A DNA stretch of 61,604 nt, filler included, from Pirum gemmata (GCA_002812295.1; 14 parts of 14 records of this genome joined end to end with filler, not necessarily neighbours in it); one strand, 5' to 3'; counted from the first letter of the whole stretch, positions 1 to 13,076 are shown. Notes: generated by a model from the sequence alone, not told the origin. A program made the numbers and translations.

Positions 1-2244
1 ATAAATAAATAAATAAATAAATAAAAAATAAATAAAGATAATAGTCTATGAGTAATGAGTGAACTATGAGTGAAGTTATGACTTATGAGTGAGTAGGCAC
101 ACAGAGTAGCTATTGTAAATTTGTGATAGCAAAAGTCTTTTTTTTTTTTAAGTCTAATATTATTAAAAAAAAAATCTGGTCATGGGTTTTGAACTTGAAC
201 AACATGGTATGCTCCAGAAGATCCCAGAACCTCTGACCTCACAATAATCTATAGTCTACCGCCAAAAAAACCCTCACCTACGTTCGGGATTGTTTTATTG
301 TGAATAAATACCCTGTGCCAATAATGTCTTCAAATCTACTCCAAATCGATACGAAATCGATACACCTTTTCATATAATCAGACAGTTTTTAGCTCTGTAT
401 GATAGTAATGGTATGATATTAAATAACTCGTATAGCATTGATAATTTTAAAAGGTTAAAAAGGTTTGTAAGTACTAATAGTTTGATATTAAATCAGTGAA
501 ACCAGCTAGAATGTTCAAAATGTCTTTATAGTGAAAAGGAGAATAATTGTTGGTTTGGTTATATTAGCTTGTTTAATATTGGGGGAGACGCGTGTGGAAT
601 AACAGATTAGTAAATTATAGAATAGTTTTAAAATAATACTTTTTAAAAAATAATGCTGTAATAATAATATGCATTTTTTAAAATATCCGAAATGTGGAAG
701 AATCAAGTATCATAACTGATTCATAAGAATAATATCAAACTATGATAGTACTTTAGAAAACTAGCTAGCGAGTCTACTAGCTAGCTAGAGCAAATTTCTA
801 GCTACTAGCTAGCTAGCTACTAGAGCAAATTTCTAGCTACTAGCTAGCTAGCCTCACGGATACAGCTGCTATGATACTACTAGCTAGCTAGCTAGCTAGC
901 TAGATACCTGGTAGAAGTCTGTGTAAACTTAGTAGTCTCTTGATATTATAGGCAGTAAAAAAAAAAAAAAAGTACTTTCAAGAGTCTTTCAAGTTTCAAC
1001 CACATCATGATGGAAAACATTTTACAGAATCTTCTATATAATATTAGGCCTATAATATTATCATTCCGATTTTTTCGTAGATCCATATTCTAAAACCAAC
1101 TCTAAAATCTCAATTACAATTCCACTACCGGTATGATAACTACTTTGGTTACTAATTTTGCTACCTATTATCTAGTAGGGTATTGATAGTTACTCTAACT
1201 GACAATAAAATCATTAACATCAATTGCAAAGTATTATGAGACAAATCAACAAATTGCAACTTTAATTTGATTACATAAAATTGTATTTTAATAAACCTAC
1301 TCCTTTTTTATAAAAAGGAAAACAGGAAATTTCTCTGATGATACTCTAACTAGTATATGTATATATTGATAGTACTATCGGGTGATTATGATATGAAGTT
1401 ACTAAAGCCTGTTACTAAGCTGTTAGTCTACCCAGGCTACCCTGCGGTTCCATTCAGATTAGACGAGGTGGGTCTAGCTAGCTAGCTACTACTAGTCTAG
1501 TGAGTAGTGAGTCTAGTGACTCACTGAGTCTAATGAGTCTAATAGCTGTCTAATCTATGTTTTTGTTGTTTTCAAGAAGAAAAGAAAATTTAGTGAGAAA
1601 TGGGATTCGGGAGCGGATTCGAACTTGATTTGAGGTAAATGTTCTAGCTAGTCTAGCTAGCTTGTAGTATGATACTTGTAGTAATGTTTTTTGTTAATTA
1701 ACGTTCTTCTTGTTGAGAGTCCAGATCGCAGGTTCAGATCGATATTAGACTATAACTTAGACTATGCAGTTTGTAGCGTTCCGAAGTCATTCCGGCCTAC
1801 AGGCCTACAGTCGCCTACTACTGGCAGAGTACTGGCAGCTGGAATCTGGATTCTCTGGGTTCTTTTATCATATGATACAAAAAAAAAATCTAACTAAACC
1901 CACTTAACCCCTACGCTAGCTGGCTCAGTGGTATTAATTAATTATTTTTTAAAAGGTAAATAGCTCTCTGTGGTATAATTGGTATTAAATATCAATAGAA
2001 GACTACCAGGTATGAGTAGTATAATAACCCGAACCACTACAGACCCAAACCAGTCCCGAGCCCTACCCGGGTGGCTCACCTCAACTAGCTATGATATGAT
2101 ACAGATATCATAGTAACTTCATAGAGTCTTCATAGTACTATAGTAATACTATAGACTAGTAGCTATATATAACTAACTATTATCCAGATAAACTTCTTAT
2201 CAGATATATAGTACGTAGATATCTACATACTATTGATATTATGG

Positions 2245-2850
2245 TATCGTCTATTTCATTACAATTGTCTTCTCAATCTTTAATTTGATACTGTTTAATT
2301 AAGTGTATAATTGAACTTGTTTATAAAATACAACTATAACAATACAAGTATAAAGTATCAAATTAATTAAAACATGTCTGATAGTTTAACCTTAATAATA
2401 ATTTGGTGCGTTTATTTTAGTTTTACACTATTGAAACCGATAATATAATGATAATATAATGGTATCAATTACTCTATCATATTATTATGATATTGTAGTA
2501 TTATTTATGAGACAATATTTAATTTGATACTGTTTAAGTGTATAATTGAACTTGTTTATAAAATGCAACATTAAGTATAAAGTACCAAATTAATTAAAAC
2601 ATGTAATAATATTAATAATTTGGTACGAATATTATAATGATAATATAATGGTATCAATTACTCTATCATATTATTATGATATTGTAGTATTATTTATAAG
2701 ACAATCTTTAATTTGATACTGTTTAAGTGTATAATTGAACTTGTTTATAAAATGCAACATTAAGTATAAAGTACCAAATTAATTAAAACATGTAATAATA
2801 TTAATAATTTGGTACGTTTATTTCAGTTTTACACAATTGAAAACACGATA
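2245..2850. mobile_element. MITE family B (about 190 bp, termini TATCGTSTWTTTCA): one copy at 2245-2442 followed by two tandem partial copies
   Basis: Starts TATCGTCTATTTCA and ends TGAAAACACGATA; the same internal sequence recurs at about 20612-20830, 27177-27330, 43337-43521 and 51156-51280. Confidence 0.8.
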
Positions 2851-3183
2851 ATATAATGATCGTTACTATGCATAGCTAGTAGTAGTTAATATTTGTTTGA
2901 ATTTTGAACGACCATTAATTTTTATAATAATCATATTATATTATCATCATGATTATTATCATATCATACCATTAAAATTTTATATGATACTATAAACATA
3001 ACAGAAAGTGGACATAATACTGACATAATTATTATTATTATTATTAATATTATTGTTATTATTTTCAATTTTTATATTATATATATTATATAGATTAATA
3101 ATATAGTAATATACTAAATATCTAGTACTAAATATACTACTATGATAATAATATAGAATCATAGATTAGTTAAGATTAGTTAG

Positions 3184-3350
3184 CGAAACATTCATTAATG
3201 ACGTCATCATAAACACATAGACCTTCTACCACCTGACCATATCAGATAAAACATAGTTTCAGATTGCAATCGAAGCCATTAAAATGGAAATATAGAACAA
3301 GAGTATCAAAAGTGACGTCATTAATAAAGTTGTTTGTAGATGGACAAAAA
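3184..3350. mobile_element. Dispersed repeat family H, partial copy
   Basis: GAAACATT..TTAATGACGTCATCATAA...AAAAGTGACGTCATT is shared with 33921-34265 and, inverted, with 34905-35183. Confidence 0.65.
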
Positions 3351-3438
3351 AAAAAAAAAAAAAANTCCGACGTAGCCTGTTCAAGGCGTTCATTCAAGGG
3401 AGGAAAGGAGAGTGTATCTGTTATTGTTGCATTTATCA

Positions 3439-3623
3439 TATCGTTCTTTTCATTTATTTTGCCCTTCTAAAATTAATATTTATTGGGAGGGTTATAATAT
3501 TTAAATTGACATTTTTAAATCAATACATAGATAATAAAATATATCAAATTAAATTAAATGAATTTATATTGTATTAATTTATTTGGTACTATTCATTGTA
3601 TATTTTATGATGACAAAACAACT
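3439..3623. mobile_element. MITE family A copy
   Basis: Aligns by eye to 56113-56300 and 34269-34455. Confidence 0.8.
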
Positions 3624-3795
3624 CGATCCTAGCTAGTAGCAGCAGCAACTTAGCCAACAACTCTGTATTATATCATATGGATTCATTTATAACTAGAACT
3701 AGCTAGCTAAACCCTGTCTATTATGATATTATATAATTCATCTAGCTAGACCTTATTAGCATCAATTCATACCACAGTTCATACCATCACCTGCA

Positions 3796-3850
3796 GGGTT
3801 AGGGTTAGGGTTAGGGTTAGGGTTAGGGTTAGGGTTAGGGTTAGGGTTAG
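3796..3850 (+). repeat. Interstitial (TTAGGG)n tract, one of about 20 in the window
   Basis: Perfect TTAGGG repeats; similar tracts near 10453, 16783, 17760, 21548, 23049, 24310-24775, 25320, 33780, 49047, 58643, 59693 and 60912. Confidence 0.95.
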
Positions 3851-4014
3851 CAGTTTATGAAGTGTTTACAGTGTGACTTTACACTGTGCATATAAATGAT
3901 AACTAATAACCTAAAATACTAGAAGCCTAAATAAAATACTCCTAATAGTCCTCAAATATATTGAAAAAATAAATTTTGTTTGGAATAAACGCCTCTATAG
4001 ATAAAAATTTAATA

Positions 4015-4059
<45 letters not shown>

Positions 4060-4085
4060 TATTGTTATTATTAATATTATTATTA

Positions 4086-4185
4086 NNNNNNNNNNNNNNN
4101 NNNNNNNNNNNNNNNNNNNNNNNNNNNNNTTAATTAATTAANNNNNNNNNNNNNNNNNNNNNNNNNNNNNNNNNNNNNNNNNNNN
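4086..4185. other. Artificial contig-joining spacer N44-TTAATTAATTAA-N44, first of 13. Others: 8231-8330, 12411-12510, 17103-17202, 21268-21367, 25441-25540, 29598-29697, 36659-36758, 40828-40927, 44957-45056, 49081-49180, 53284-53383, 57410-57509
   Basis: Identical 100-bp N-padded linker carrying stops in all six frames, recurring about every 4.1 kb. Confidence 0.97.
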
Positions 4186-4218
<33 letters not shown>

Positions 4219-5959
4219 GAAATAAATAGCTATAACTAAATAAAAAATATTGGGAAGATAGAATCAACACAGAGAAAAGGGATACCCACCAGCATTACTG
4301 GAAACAACTTGTGTTTCTAACCCATTTGGAGCAACAGACAACATCATTTAATTACAAAATAAACTAAACAGAAAATTTACCGCATACAAAATACAAATAA
4401 TCAATGCCGATATATGGTGTTAATATATTTTTAATTTATAAATTTAGAAAAAAAGAAACGATTTGGTTTTTATTATTTTATATTTATATATTTATAAAAC
4501 ACTTTGTGTATAATATTGATACATCGATAAAACACAAGTCATATACTTGAAGAAAAAACCTGAAGAAGAAAAAACCTGAAGAAAAAACCTGAGAAAAAAA
4601 ACTATAGACTAGACTACAGAAAAGCACAAAAAAAAACTGCAAAAAAAAACCCCCCTAGGCTAGTAGTTAGTTAGATTTAGTTAGTCACTGAAAAAACTGT
4701 CAAAAATGAAAAAAAGAGGAATGCAGTTTGCATGCAAATAAGAAAACTTATTAGTTCAGTAAAAGTTCAGCTAAAAGTTCTCACCAAAAAGTCCAAAAAG
4801 CTTCCACTCTAGCTAGAGTCTAGAGTCTAGACTACTCTAGCTAGCTAGTGACCAGGGGGCTCTAGCTAGCTAGCTAGCTAGCTATGATAGCTCTTCCACT
4901 ACACACCATAGCTGATGACGTATTTCTATTAAATGACGAAATAATAAAAAATGACGTATTGAAATTTCGAGAGTAGTTTAAATTTTGGTGTTGTATGTAA
5001 AACTTGTTGTATACATACATAGACTATGTACTCACAATACTCTCACATAGTAAGTACGATAGATGCTACAACATTAACTCAATATTATTACGTTTTTGCA
5101 CCTCTGAATTCAATAGGTTACGTCACTTAAATTTATATTATATCATTGCTTACGTCATTTTTGAAAATTGCGTCTTGTTTAGTCCCTATAGCTATAACAC
5201 TGCTATAACTATATAGCTATGGTCTTGTTTTATTATATTCAGCATTATTTATTTATATACCCACTTACTACTCTACCAGGTAGTAGTGGTTGGTAGCTAC
5301 TAGCTACTATCATAGATAACTATCTATAAATCAGATTATATAGATATATTATTTTACATATTATGATATATTTTAATATATAATAGATCATTTTATATGC
5401 TCGTGTTATAAATTAATAATACATCTTCAAGTTCCTCTTCTATTTTGTTAGTATCAGTGATATATGATGTATTATATCAAGAGCTAATTACAGTTATTCT
5501 TAATTATATAAATTATATTAGCTATTATATTAATTATTATATAGTGTTTGCGAAATTTTAAGACTAAGCATTCAATAGCCTCACCATAGAGGGCCGGGAT
5601 TTATATCAACTTGATATGCTTTAACTTCGTCGTACGTACGCGTCATCGTTAACGTTGTTGTTGCTGTTGTTGCTGCTGTACGTGTTGTTGCTGTTGTTGC
5701 TCCTTTGGTGTGTACGTATCATATTACATGATGCAATCAAGGCTTCTGTTTAAAAATATTTAATTAACAGCTGACATGCTGCTGCATACTTCTGTTGTGT
5801 TTATTAGTGTATTAATACACTTTTTTAAGTACACTTTATGACTTTGAACTATTGAGCTCCCCCTTTTGCTAGCGATAATCTTCGACAACGGGTAAACTGT
5901 CTTGATCATTAATTAAATTTTGTTGTTTTGTCTTGATTTTTTTTGGAATTTGTTTAAAT

Positions 5960-6215
5960 TTAAATATAAGTAATGCAGCCGATTCCATTTTCAAGGTAAT
6001 GAGCATTGTGGTTGTTTATCACATGGGTACATACATGTTGTAAAGCGGATGAGTATGTAGGTCTATATATATTAATAGCAGGTATTTCTGTAAAAGCAAT
6101 ATTAATTAGGTCATCATCGCTTGTTCGCGGGTTACTGTCGTTGTCTAAAATAATCAAACATTTGTATATGACAGCTCTCTCTTTTGATAGTATATTACAA
6201 AGGCTTGTGAAACGA
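5960..6215 (-). pseudogene. Decayed pogo/Tigger-like (DDE_1) transposase fragment
   Basis: Translation CLIILDNDSN...LINIAFTEIPA...TYSSALQHVCTHVINNHNAHY resembles the DDE_1 pattern LLILDN..H...NI.F..LP.N.TS.LQP.D..II..FK.HY; the last catalytic Asp is not retained. Confidence 0.55.
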
Positions 6216-6240
6216 TATTAATATTAATACTATATATATA

Positions 6241-6354
6241 GACGTTAATTTGATTATTTGCAGAATGCAAATAATCAAATTAACGTCTATATATATATAG
6301 CAAAAAAGTGGTAATTTTCGCAATTATAATAAATGAAAATTACCACTTTTTTGC
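6241..6354. mobile_element. Two adjacent TA-flanked perfect mini-hairpins (6241-6287, 22-bp arms; 6300-6354, 20-bp arms)
   Basis: GACGTTAATTTGATTATTTGCA-gaa-TGCAAATAATCAAATTAACGTC and GCAAAAAAGTGGTAATTTTC...GAAAATTACCACTTTTTTGC, each within (TA)n; the first recurs at 35448-35496 and as a half at 47931-47952. Confidence 0.75.
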
Positions 6355-6393
6355 TATATATATAATATATAATTAAGAAAAAATTAAGATACA

Positions 6394-7200
6394 TGGTAAC
6401 AACAACACCAACAATAGAAGAAACAAAAACAATCATAAACAAGATGAAAAGAAAAGAACCCCTTGGCTATAGCTATGATGGCATACCACTCGATGTATAT
6501 ATAATATACATACATATATTTGGAATGAAATCAAAGACTACATGATATTAATAATATTATTCCTAAATAATATTATTAATATTAATATTAATAATATTAC
6601 AATATTTAAAAAGAACGATAGATCAAACTCAAAAAACTATATATAGACCTATATAAAACTTTAATAAAATCATAGCAGCTACAATCGCAATAGCAGATAA
6701 ATTACACAACGGAATGCCCCACATCATAAGCACAAGCCGAACACGTGGAGTAGCAGGAAGAAACATAAATGATACGATATCTTTTATTGAAACCCAACTT
6801 TTTTTTTACGAAGAAATCAATTATCCTACTGAATACTGAGACGGGAAAAGCTTTTGACAGAGCAAGATGGTCCTTATTATATAATATTCTAGAATCCTTT
6901 GGGTTCCCAGAATAATTTATAATAATAATCCAAAACATCAAAATCAATGGCTTCTACACAGCACCTATAATTACAACAAGAAGTATATATAAGACAAGGA
7001 TGCGCAATATTATCAACATACCTCTTTATATAAATGACAACCCATCTTATTACAAAAAGTATACCCCTGCATATGCAAATGATCTAAATATCTTCGGCAA
7101 AAATTTTATTAGTATTAATAATCAATGCAATATTAATAACAAGTTTTGGTAAAAATATTAGTGGATACAAATTAAATTAAACAAAGATAAAACAAAAACA
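6394..7200 (+). pseudogene. Decayed non-LTR retrotransposon reverse transcriptase (L1/Tx1-like); may extend to about 7870
   Basis: Ordered RT motifs across frameshifts: PTIEETKTIINKMK..PLGY/DGIPLDVY, NY/RPI, PHIIS..RGVAGR, ILLNTETGKAFDRARWSLLYNILESFGF (from 6823), RQGC (6992), YANDL (7072, degenerate YADD), ISGYKLN. Confidence 0.88.
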
Positions 7201-7871
7201 ATATATTAATATTAATTAATATTAAATTAATGTATTTCCTTAAAATGTCAACCTTAGAAATAAGATACAAGCCCAAACCACTAGTAACACCCCCAAACAA
7301 TGGGAATCTACAATTGATCACGACAACTAGTAGTTTAGAAAAACATAGAAAAAAGCCTCAAAACAAAAAATTTTATTAATATTGATAACAACCTTTTAAT
7401 TAACAACCTATGGAACATAGAACAAAATGAATGGAAAAAAATAATCAAAACATTTTAATTATTAACAGAAGAATTAATACAAAAAAACTACCAATTTTTT
7501 TAAAAAAGTCAATTTAAGTCATATATATATACCTATTATATGGATATATTATTATATAGTAATAATAACCCAAAGAAATCCAACAAAACAGTGGACGTCC
7601 AAGAAATAACCTTTTCAATGTCAATGCTGTTCCAAAGAATTTTTACCGGAAGTCAAACTAAAAAATTTTGAACACAGGCAAACTTGGCAAAAGTAGAATA
7701 GCATGGCTATCCTACATCAAAAAAGTATTAAGTATAAATCCTAATATAGAGTACAACTCCAACAGCATACATAACAATGACAGTAACGTTATAATATTAG
7801 GAACAAAATCAATGGAGTCTACAACAAAAGGACAATACAACACTGGGAGTCATAAGAAAGTTATTTTATTT

Positions 7872-8080
7872 ATGCCAGATAAAACTACTATAAAACTGTG
7901 GAAATCATTTTTTTTTTAGACTTCTTTCTAAAAACATCTTTAATGCTAATTAGCCAAATTATTTTAAAATCTAGTCATTGGTTCATAATAGAGTTTTCTT
8001 AGTTACAAGATTTCTCAACATTTGGTAGTACTTTCATTGAAATTGGATCATTTTGAGATTTTATGGTTTTTGCGGCGGTA
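7872..8080. mobile_element. MITE family C copy
   Basis: Aligns to 46722-46965 and 26729-26975. Confidence 0.75.
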
Positions 8081-8171
8081 GCGGGGGAAAAGTAGTACTA
8101 CTACTAGCTAGCTAGTAGTATCGATAGTAGAAGGATAACTATCAAAATAGAAGTCTATGGGAGAAGTAGTG

Positions 8172-8211
<40 letters not shown>

Positions 8212-9010
8212 AAGTAGTAGTAGTAGTAGTNNNNNNNNNNNNNNNNNNNNNNNNNNNNNNNNNNNNNNNNNNNNTTAATTAATTAANNNNNNNNNNNNNN
8301 NNNNNNNNNNNNNNNNNNNNNNNNNNNNNNATAATAATAATAATAATAATAATTATGTCTACTATTTTTTTTTTGATTGAATTTGCAAAAGCACTGCAAA
8401 AGCAGTACAAAAGCGTAGTAAAAGCGTAGACTACTTTCGATGGTCCAAATTTTTTCAAGCAAAACAAGGTATGATAGTAAATAAAATTGTCACTTTTTAC
8501 TCACTTTTATGATAAATAGCTCACTTTTATGAAAAAATAGCATTGTTGGTAAAACAAAGTTATTGGTATAACAAAGTTATAACAAGTTGTAGCTACCATA
8601 ACTAGCTATACAAAAAAGGGGTGCCTAAGTGGCCAGGCCTACCCTGCTGTCTACCCTTCTACCCTGTAGTAGGTAGGCCCTGTACACCATATTCATTTTT
8701 TTTATATTAAATTTTTTTTTATCAATCAACACCTTAGTAGAGTCTGAATCAACACCAATGGGTCATCGAATCGAACTTTCATTTTCGATTTTTGTGGATC
8801 CAGCTAGAGTGCCTTTTTCTCATTTAATAAGCTTTTTGAACAAAGTGGCTGTAGATCGAATTTTACTATTATTTTTTTCGAGCCTTTTTTTAAAAAAACT
8901 GATATTGACGTCATTAAATTGTCCCTCTTGGTCTACTTTTAAAAAAATTACTATATATAGTAACTATTATATGCGTCATTTAATAGTAAAATAAAATTGA
9001 GCTATCGTAG

Positions 9011-9245
9011 AGGAGGGGTGAGAACTCTTATGGCGAACTTTTTTGACCGAGGCACAAAGTAAATGTTGTTCGCCTGTTTCGCCTTACCATATTTAGTATT
9101 TGTAATTGTTTATTTAGTAACTACCTATTTAAGTAGTTACTTGAAAAAGAGTTTATTATACTATTTATAGTAACTTTAGGCAAATTTCTGGAAGTTCGCC
9201 GGTCCGAGCATCCAATTGGTAAGATGACGTCATCTCATCCCTCCT
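9011..9245. mobile_element. MITE related to family D
   Basis: Terminal inverted repeats AGGAGGGGTGAGA...TCTCATCCCTCCT with subterminal TGACGTCA. Confidence 0.7.
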
Positions 9246-9562
9246 NNNNNNNNNNNNNNNNNNNNNNNNNNNNNNNNNNNNNNNNNNNNNNNNNNNNNAA
9301 TATTCAAACAATCATAGAATGGGCTGTATTAATGCTATGAAGGTGATTCTTTAATTAAATCTAACTGAAATTTTGTCCTTCAACTTTTTTTTTAACTAGC
9401 ATATGGGTAGAAAAGAAAAAAAAAAATAAACAGCTTGAAGCCAAATAATTTTTAAAAACTGGCAATTGTACTTTTATTTTTAAATTGGAGGATTTTGAGA
9501 TTTTTCGGATTTTGAGCTCATAATATATTGATATTATGTTGCAATTTTTATACGACTTGGCT

Positions 9563-9604
<42 letters not shown>

Positions 9605-11263
9605 TAATTATCTATTTTAAAATGAATTATGATAATATTATAGTCACAAATAAAATTTAGTGTGATAATAATTACCTTATATATCAAAACAGTAAACAAA
9701 CAAAGAATAAGTACATATAGTTTTTTTTGTTTTATTTGTTGTTAGGTTTAGAAATGGAATTGTTTATTTTTGGGCTATTATAAGGGTTAATTAAGGTTAA
9801 TATTGGAGCTAAGGTTAAGGTTAAGGCTAGGGCTAGGGTTAGGGTTAGATTTGGGTGGTGGTGGTTGGTATTATATCAGATAGCACTATCGTTATTGATG
9901 TTTGGTTTAGTTGTAAGTAGGTTGTTCTTTTAACTTGGTAGGTTGCTAGTCTAACTGCTGCTAAACTCTCCAGAGAGCTGCTACAAGAAAAAGTTTTTTG
10001 TGTGTGTTGTTTGTGTGTGGAACTGTGTTGTTTGTGTTTGGAACTGTGTGGAGTCTGTGGACGCTGTCGACTCTCGAGTCTCGAGACTGTCGCCTCGTGT
10101 GGAGGGAGTCTATTGGATAAAATTAGATAATTTTCAAGAATTTGCTGACAAATAAGTTCCCTTTTTTTTTCTTTTTTATCAAACTGGATAAAAAATTAAA
10201 CCCGCAGCTCAAAAATCCAAAAAAAACTCAATTTTTTTTTATTGTGATATCATAATTATGATAAAAAAAAAAAATGAATTTTTAATTAGAAGTACCAACG
10301 TACAGTAGTCGTACAGTCAAGTTGAGTCAACGCACAAAGACTCCATGAAATTCTTTCTTTTTCCCGGTCGTATCGTCTGCATAGCTACTTAGAGTATCGT
10401 CTGCTCGATCGGAATCCGTCTGTCCTTCTAGCTAGCCACCTGGTCCTCGAATTAGGGTTAGGGTTAGGGTTAGGGTTAGGGTTAGGGTAGCAAGAGGCTA
10501 CTTAAACCCTAGCTAATATGATACTTATTAACTACTTATTAGACCCCCGCAGACTCCCGTCTATAATAAAGAAGTATGCTAACAAACAAAACAAGGAAAC
10601 AAATCCACAGCCAACAACCAACAACCACCAACCACCAACCACCAACCAACAACCAAAAATCAACCAATCAACAAAACAAACAGGCAAACAAAAGACTCCC
10701 AACCATCAATTTTATTAATATAGTATAAACAACAATGCTTTACAGAAAGTTATCATTCAATAGAATCTGATGTATATGATAGAGGGCAATTTAAGCAAAA
10801 TTACTGAATAAAATATAAAATACAAGTATTATTTTCACTTAATTTTTCTAGGTTATTATTTCACATTCTTTCCTAAACTATAGGTAAGATTAGTTGCAAA
10901 CATATTATGATAGTAGTAATATCATTATAACTGCGGATTATGTAATAATAATAAAATATTATTTTTTATATAAAAGCTGAAATAGGGTACAAAGGAATTT
11001 TCCCTTGGCTAATAATAAAAATTAAAAAAAATAAGAAAAATACATGAAAAATTCACTTTTTGTGCATAGTGATAGTTATAGTGATATTATATTGATACTA
11101 CGTACTACACTGTACTACTAGGAATTTGATAGTATGTATGATATTATATTATATTGATATAGATAGTAGTAAAAAAATTGTATAAAAAGATTTTTTTTTA
11201 TTACAAACAAAACAAAAAAAACAAAACAAAACACAACACAAAAAAAACAAAACAAAAAACAAA

Positions 11264-11297
<34 letters not shown>

Positions 11298-11326
11298 AAA
11301 AAAAAAAAAAAAAAAAAAAAAAAAAN

Positions 11327-11929
11327 TTCGCTGCTATTGTTGCCACTTCTGCTATGGCACAAGAATATGAAATTAAATGGCGCAATTCTGACGGTTCTAT
11401 GTCTTGTTTGTCTGTAGACAATAATGAATTCAAAAACGGTGTAGCCATGCAAACTTGGAGCTGCCAACAATCCGAAGGTCAACTTTTCACTTTTGGCTTT
11501 AACTCCCAAGAAGGTGCTTACGACGGTAGCATTCGCGTTGCTGCTTACCCACAATATTGCGTTGTTATCGACAACAATAGTGGATCTACTGGAGCTAAAA
11601 TCCAATTATGGGACTGTGATAATGCTGAAGTACAACAATGGAAAACTGGAAGTACAAACCACGGTCTAGCTATCATGAATAAACAAACCGACACTTACAT
11701 GGTTCCACACAATACTTACGCCCAAGATGGCACTAGCATTGTTACTACTTCTGGTTCATCAACTAACGATCAATGGCAAATGATTTCTATTAACAGTAAC
11801 TGTATAGCTGTTGGTTCTAAAACCCCATGTATAAACAGCTCTCAATGTTGCACAGATCAAACTGGGGCTCAAGGCCAATGTCAACTTTTGCCTGGTTCAA
11901 CTCGCGTTAAGACTTGTATTTCTCCATAA
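11327..11929 (+). CDS. Secreted ricin-B (beta-trefoil) lectin with C-terminal 6-Cys knottin-like motif; 5' end lost at the N at 11326
   Basis: The frame is open upstream of Met 11354 as FAAIVATSAMA (signal-peptide tail); QxW repeats MQTWSC, IQLWDC, QQW, DQW; C-terminal C-x8-C-x5-CC-x9-C-x11-C. Confidence 0.88.
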   Translation, partial: FAAIVATSAMAQEYEIKWRNSDGSMSCLSVDNNEFKNGVAMQTWSCQQSEGQLFTFGFNSQEGAYDGSIRVAAYPQYCVVIDNNSGSTGAKIQLWDCDNAEVQQWKTGSTNHGLAIMNKQTDTYMVPHNTYAQDGTSIVTTSGSSTNDQWQMISINSNCIAVGSKTPCINSSQCCTDQTGAQGQCQLLPGSTRVKTCISP

Positions 11930-12562
11930 TTATACTCACTCATGTACACGTAGAAAAAATTAATTGTGTATATAGATACTGTTGATTCACAAAACAAACT
12001 GTATACGTGATCTCAGGTTCAATATCCAATATTATAATATATTTAAATAAATAACAATTTACTAATAAATAAATCTTTTTGTTTTTTCTTCAATGATTTA
12101 TTATTATTATTATGAATATTCAAACACGAGTGATAGTCTGTCAATCCCAAAAAATGGTATTACTAATTGCACATTGTCGATTCTATAAAATTTAATCCAA
12201 CTCTTCACAGAACAAAAAAATATTGAAGATCTTATGGTCAATATTCAATAAAAAATAGCATTTTTTAATAAATGCTTTTCAATCAATAATTATCATCATA
12301 CATGACAATGTGGACAATGCAAACCAAAAACTATGGTAAAAAAATGGAGATACTAATTGCATTAATATTATTATTATTATTCATTATTATTATTTATTAT
12401 TATTATTATTNNNNNNNNNNNNNNNNNNNNNNNNNNNNNNNNNNNNNNNNNNNNTTAATTAATTAANNNNNNNNNNNNNNNNNNNNNNNNNNNNNNNNNN
12501 NNNNNNNNNNTAATAATAATAATAATAATAATGGTTGTAATAATAAAACTAAAAATAAAAAA

Positions 12563-13019
12563 ATGATTTACTATACCAACAGTAGTAATATCATAAACAT
12601 AAATAGCATTGACAGTAGCAACAGAATAAATAGCTTCAAAAGCAACAGTACTAATAATAGTAACAATAGCATTAGCAGTGATAATAATTATAGTAGTAAA
12701 AGAAATAGTAAGAGTAGTAGTAGTAGCACTGAAAATAAACGTGTTGGTAGGAACATATATGCTAGTAGTAGGCGAAGAGCTGAATGGGTTAAGTCAAGCC
12801 TTGAATCCAGCAATGATTTAAATATCGAGAACAGTGTACTCGAAAACAAATTAGACATATATGATTTTGATTTTAATAAAAGTAGTAAAGACAATATGGA
12901 TGTTGATTTTTTTAATAATTATAGTAATAATAATAGTGTTAACATTCGGGGTATTACATTTGAGAAAGTACTTTGCCGAAAGAATTTAGTTATATCTGAT
13001 GATGATGATGATAATGATA

Positions 13020-13076
<57 letters not shown>

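Noticed and set aside
180..265. B-box-like GTTCAAAAC on the minus strand (also GGATTCGAAC near 1615), suggesting a tRNA or SINE
   Set aside because: No cloverleaf could be built and no second alignable copy was seen
5590..5613. Minus-strand QVDINPGP resembling a 2A ribosomal-skip motif
   Set aside because: It lacks the required D and E of D(V/I)ExNPGP and is followed by a stop two codons later
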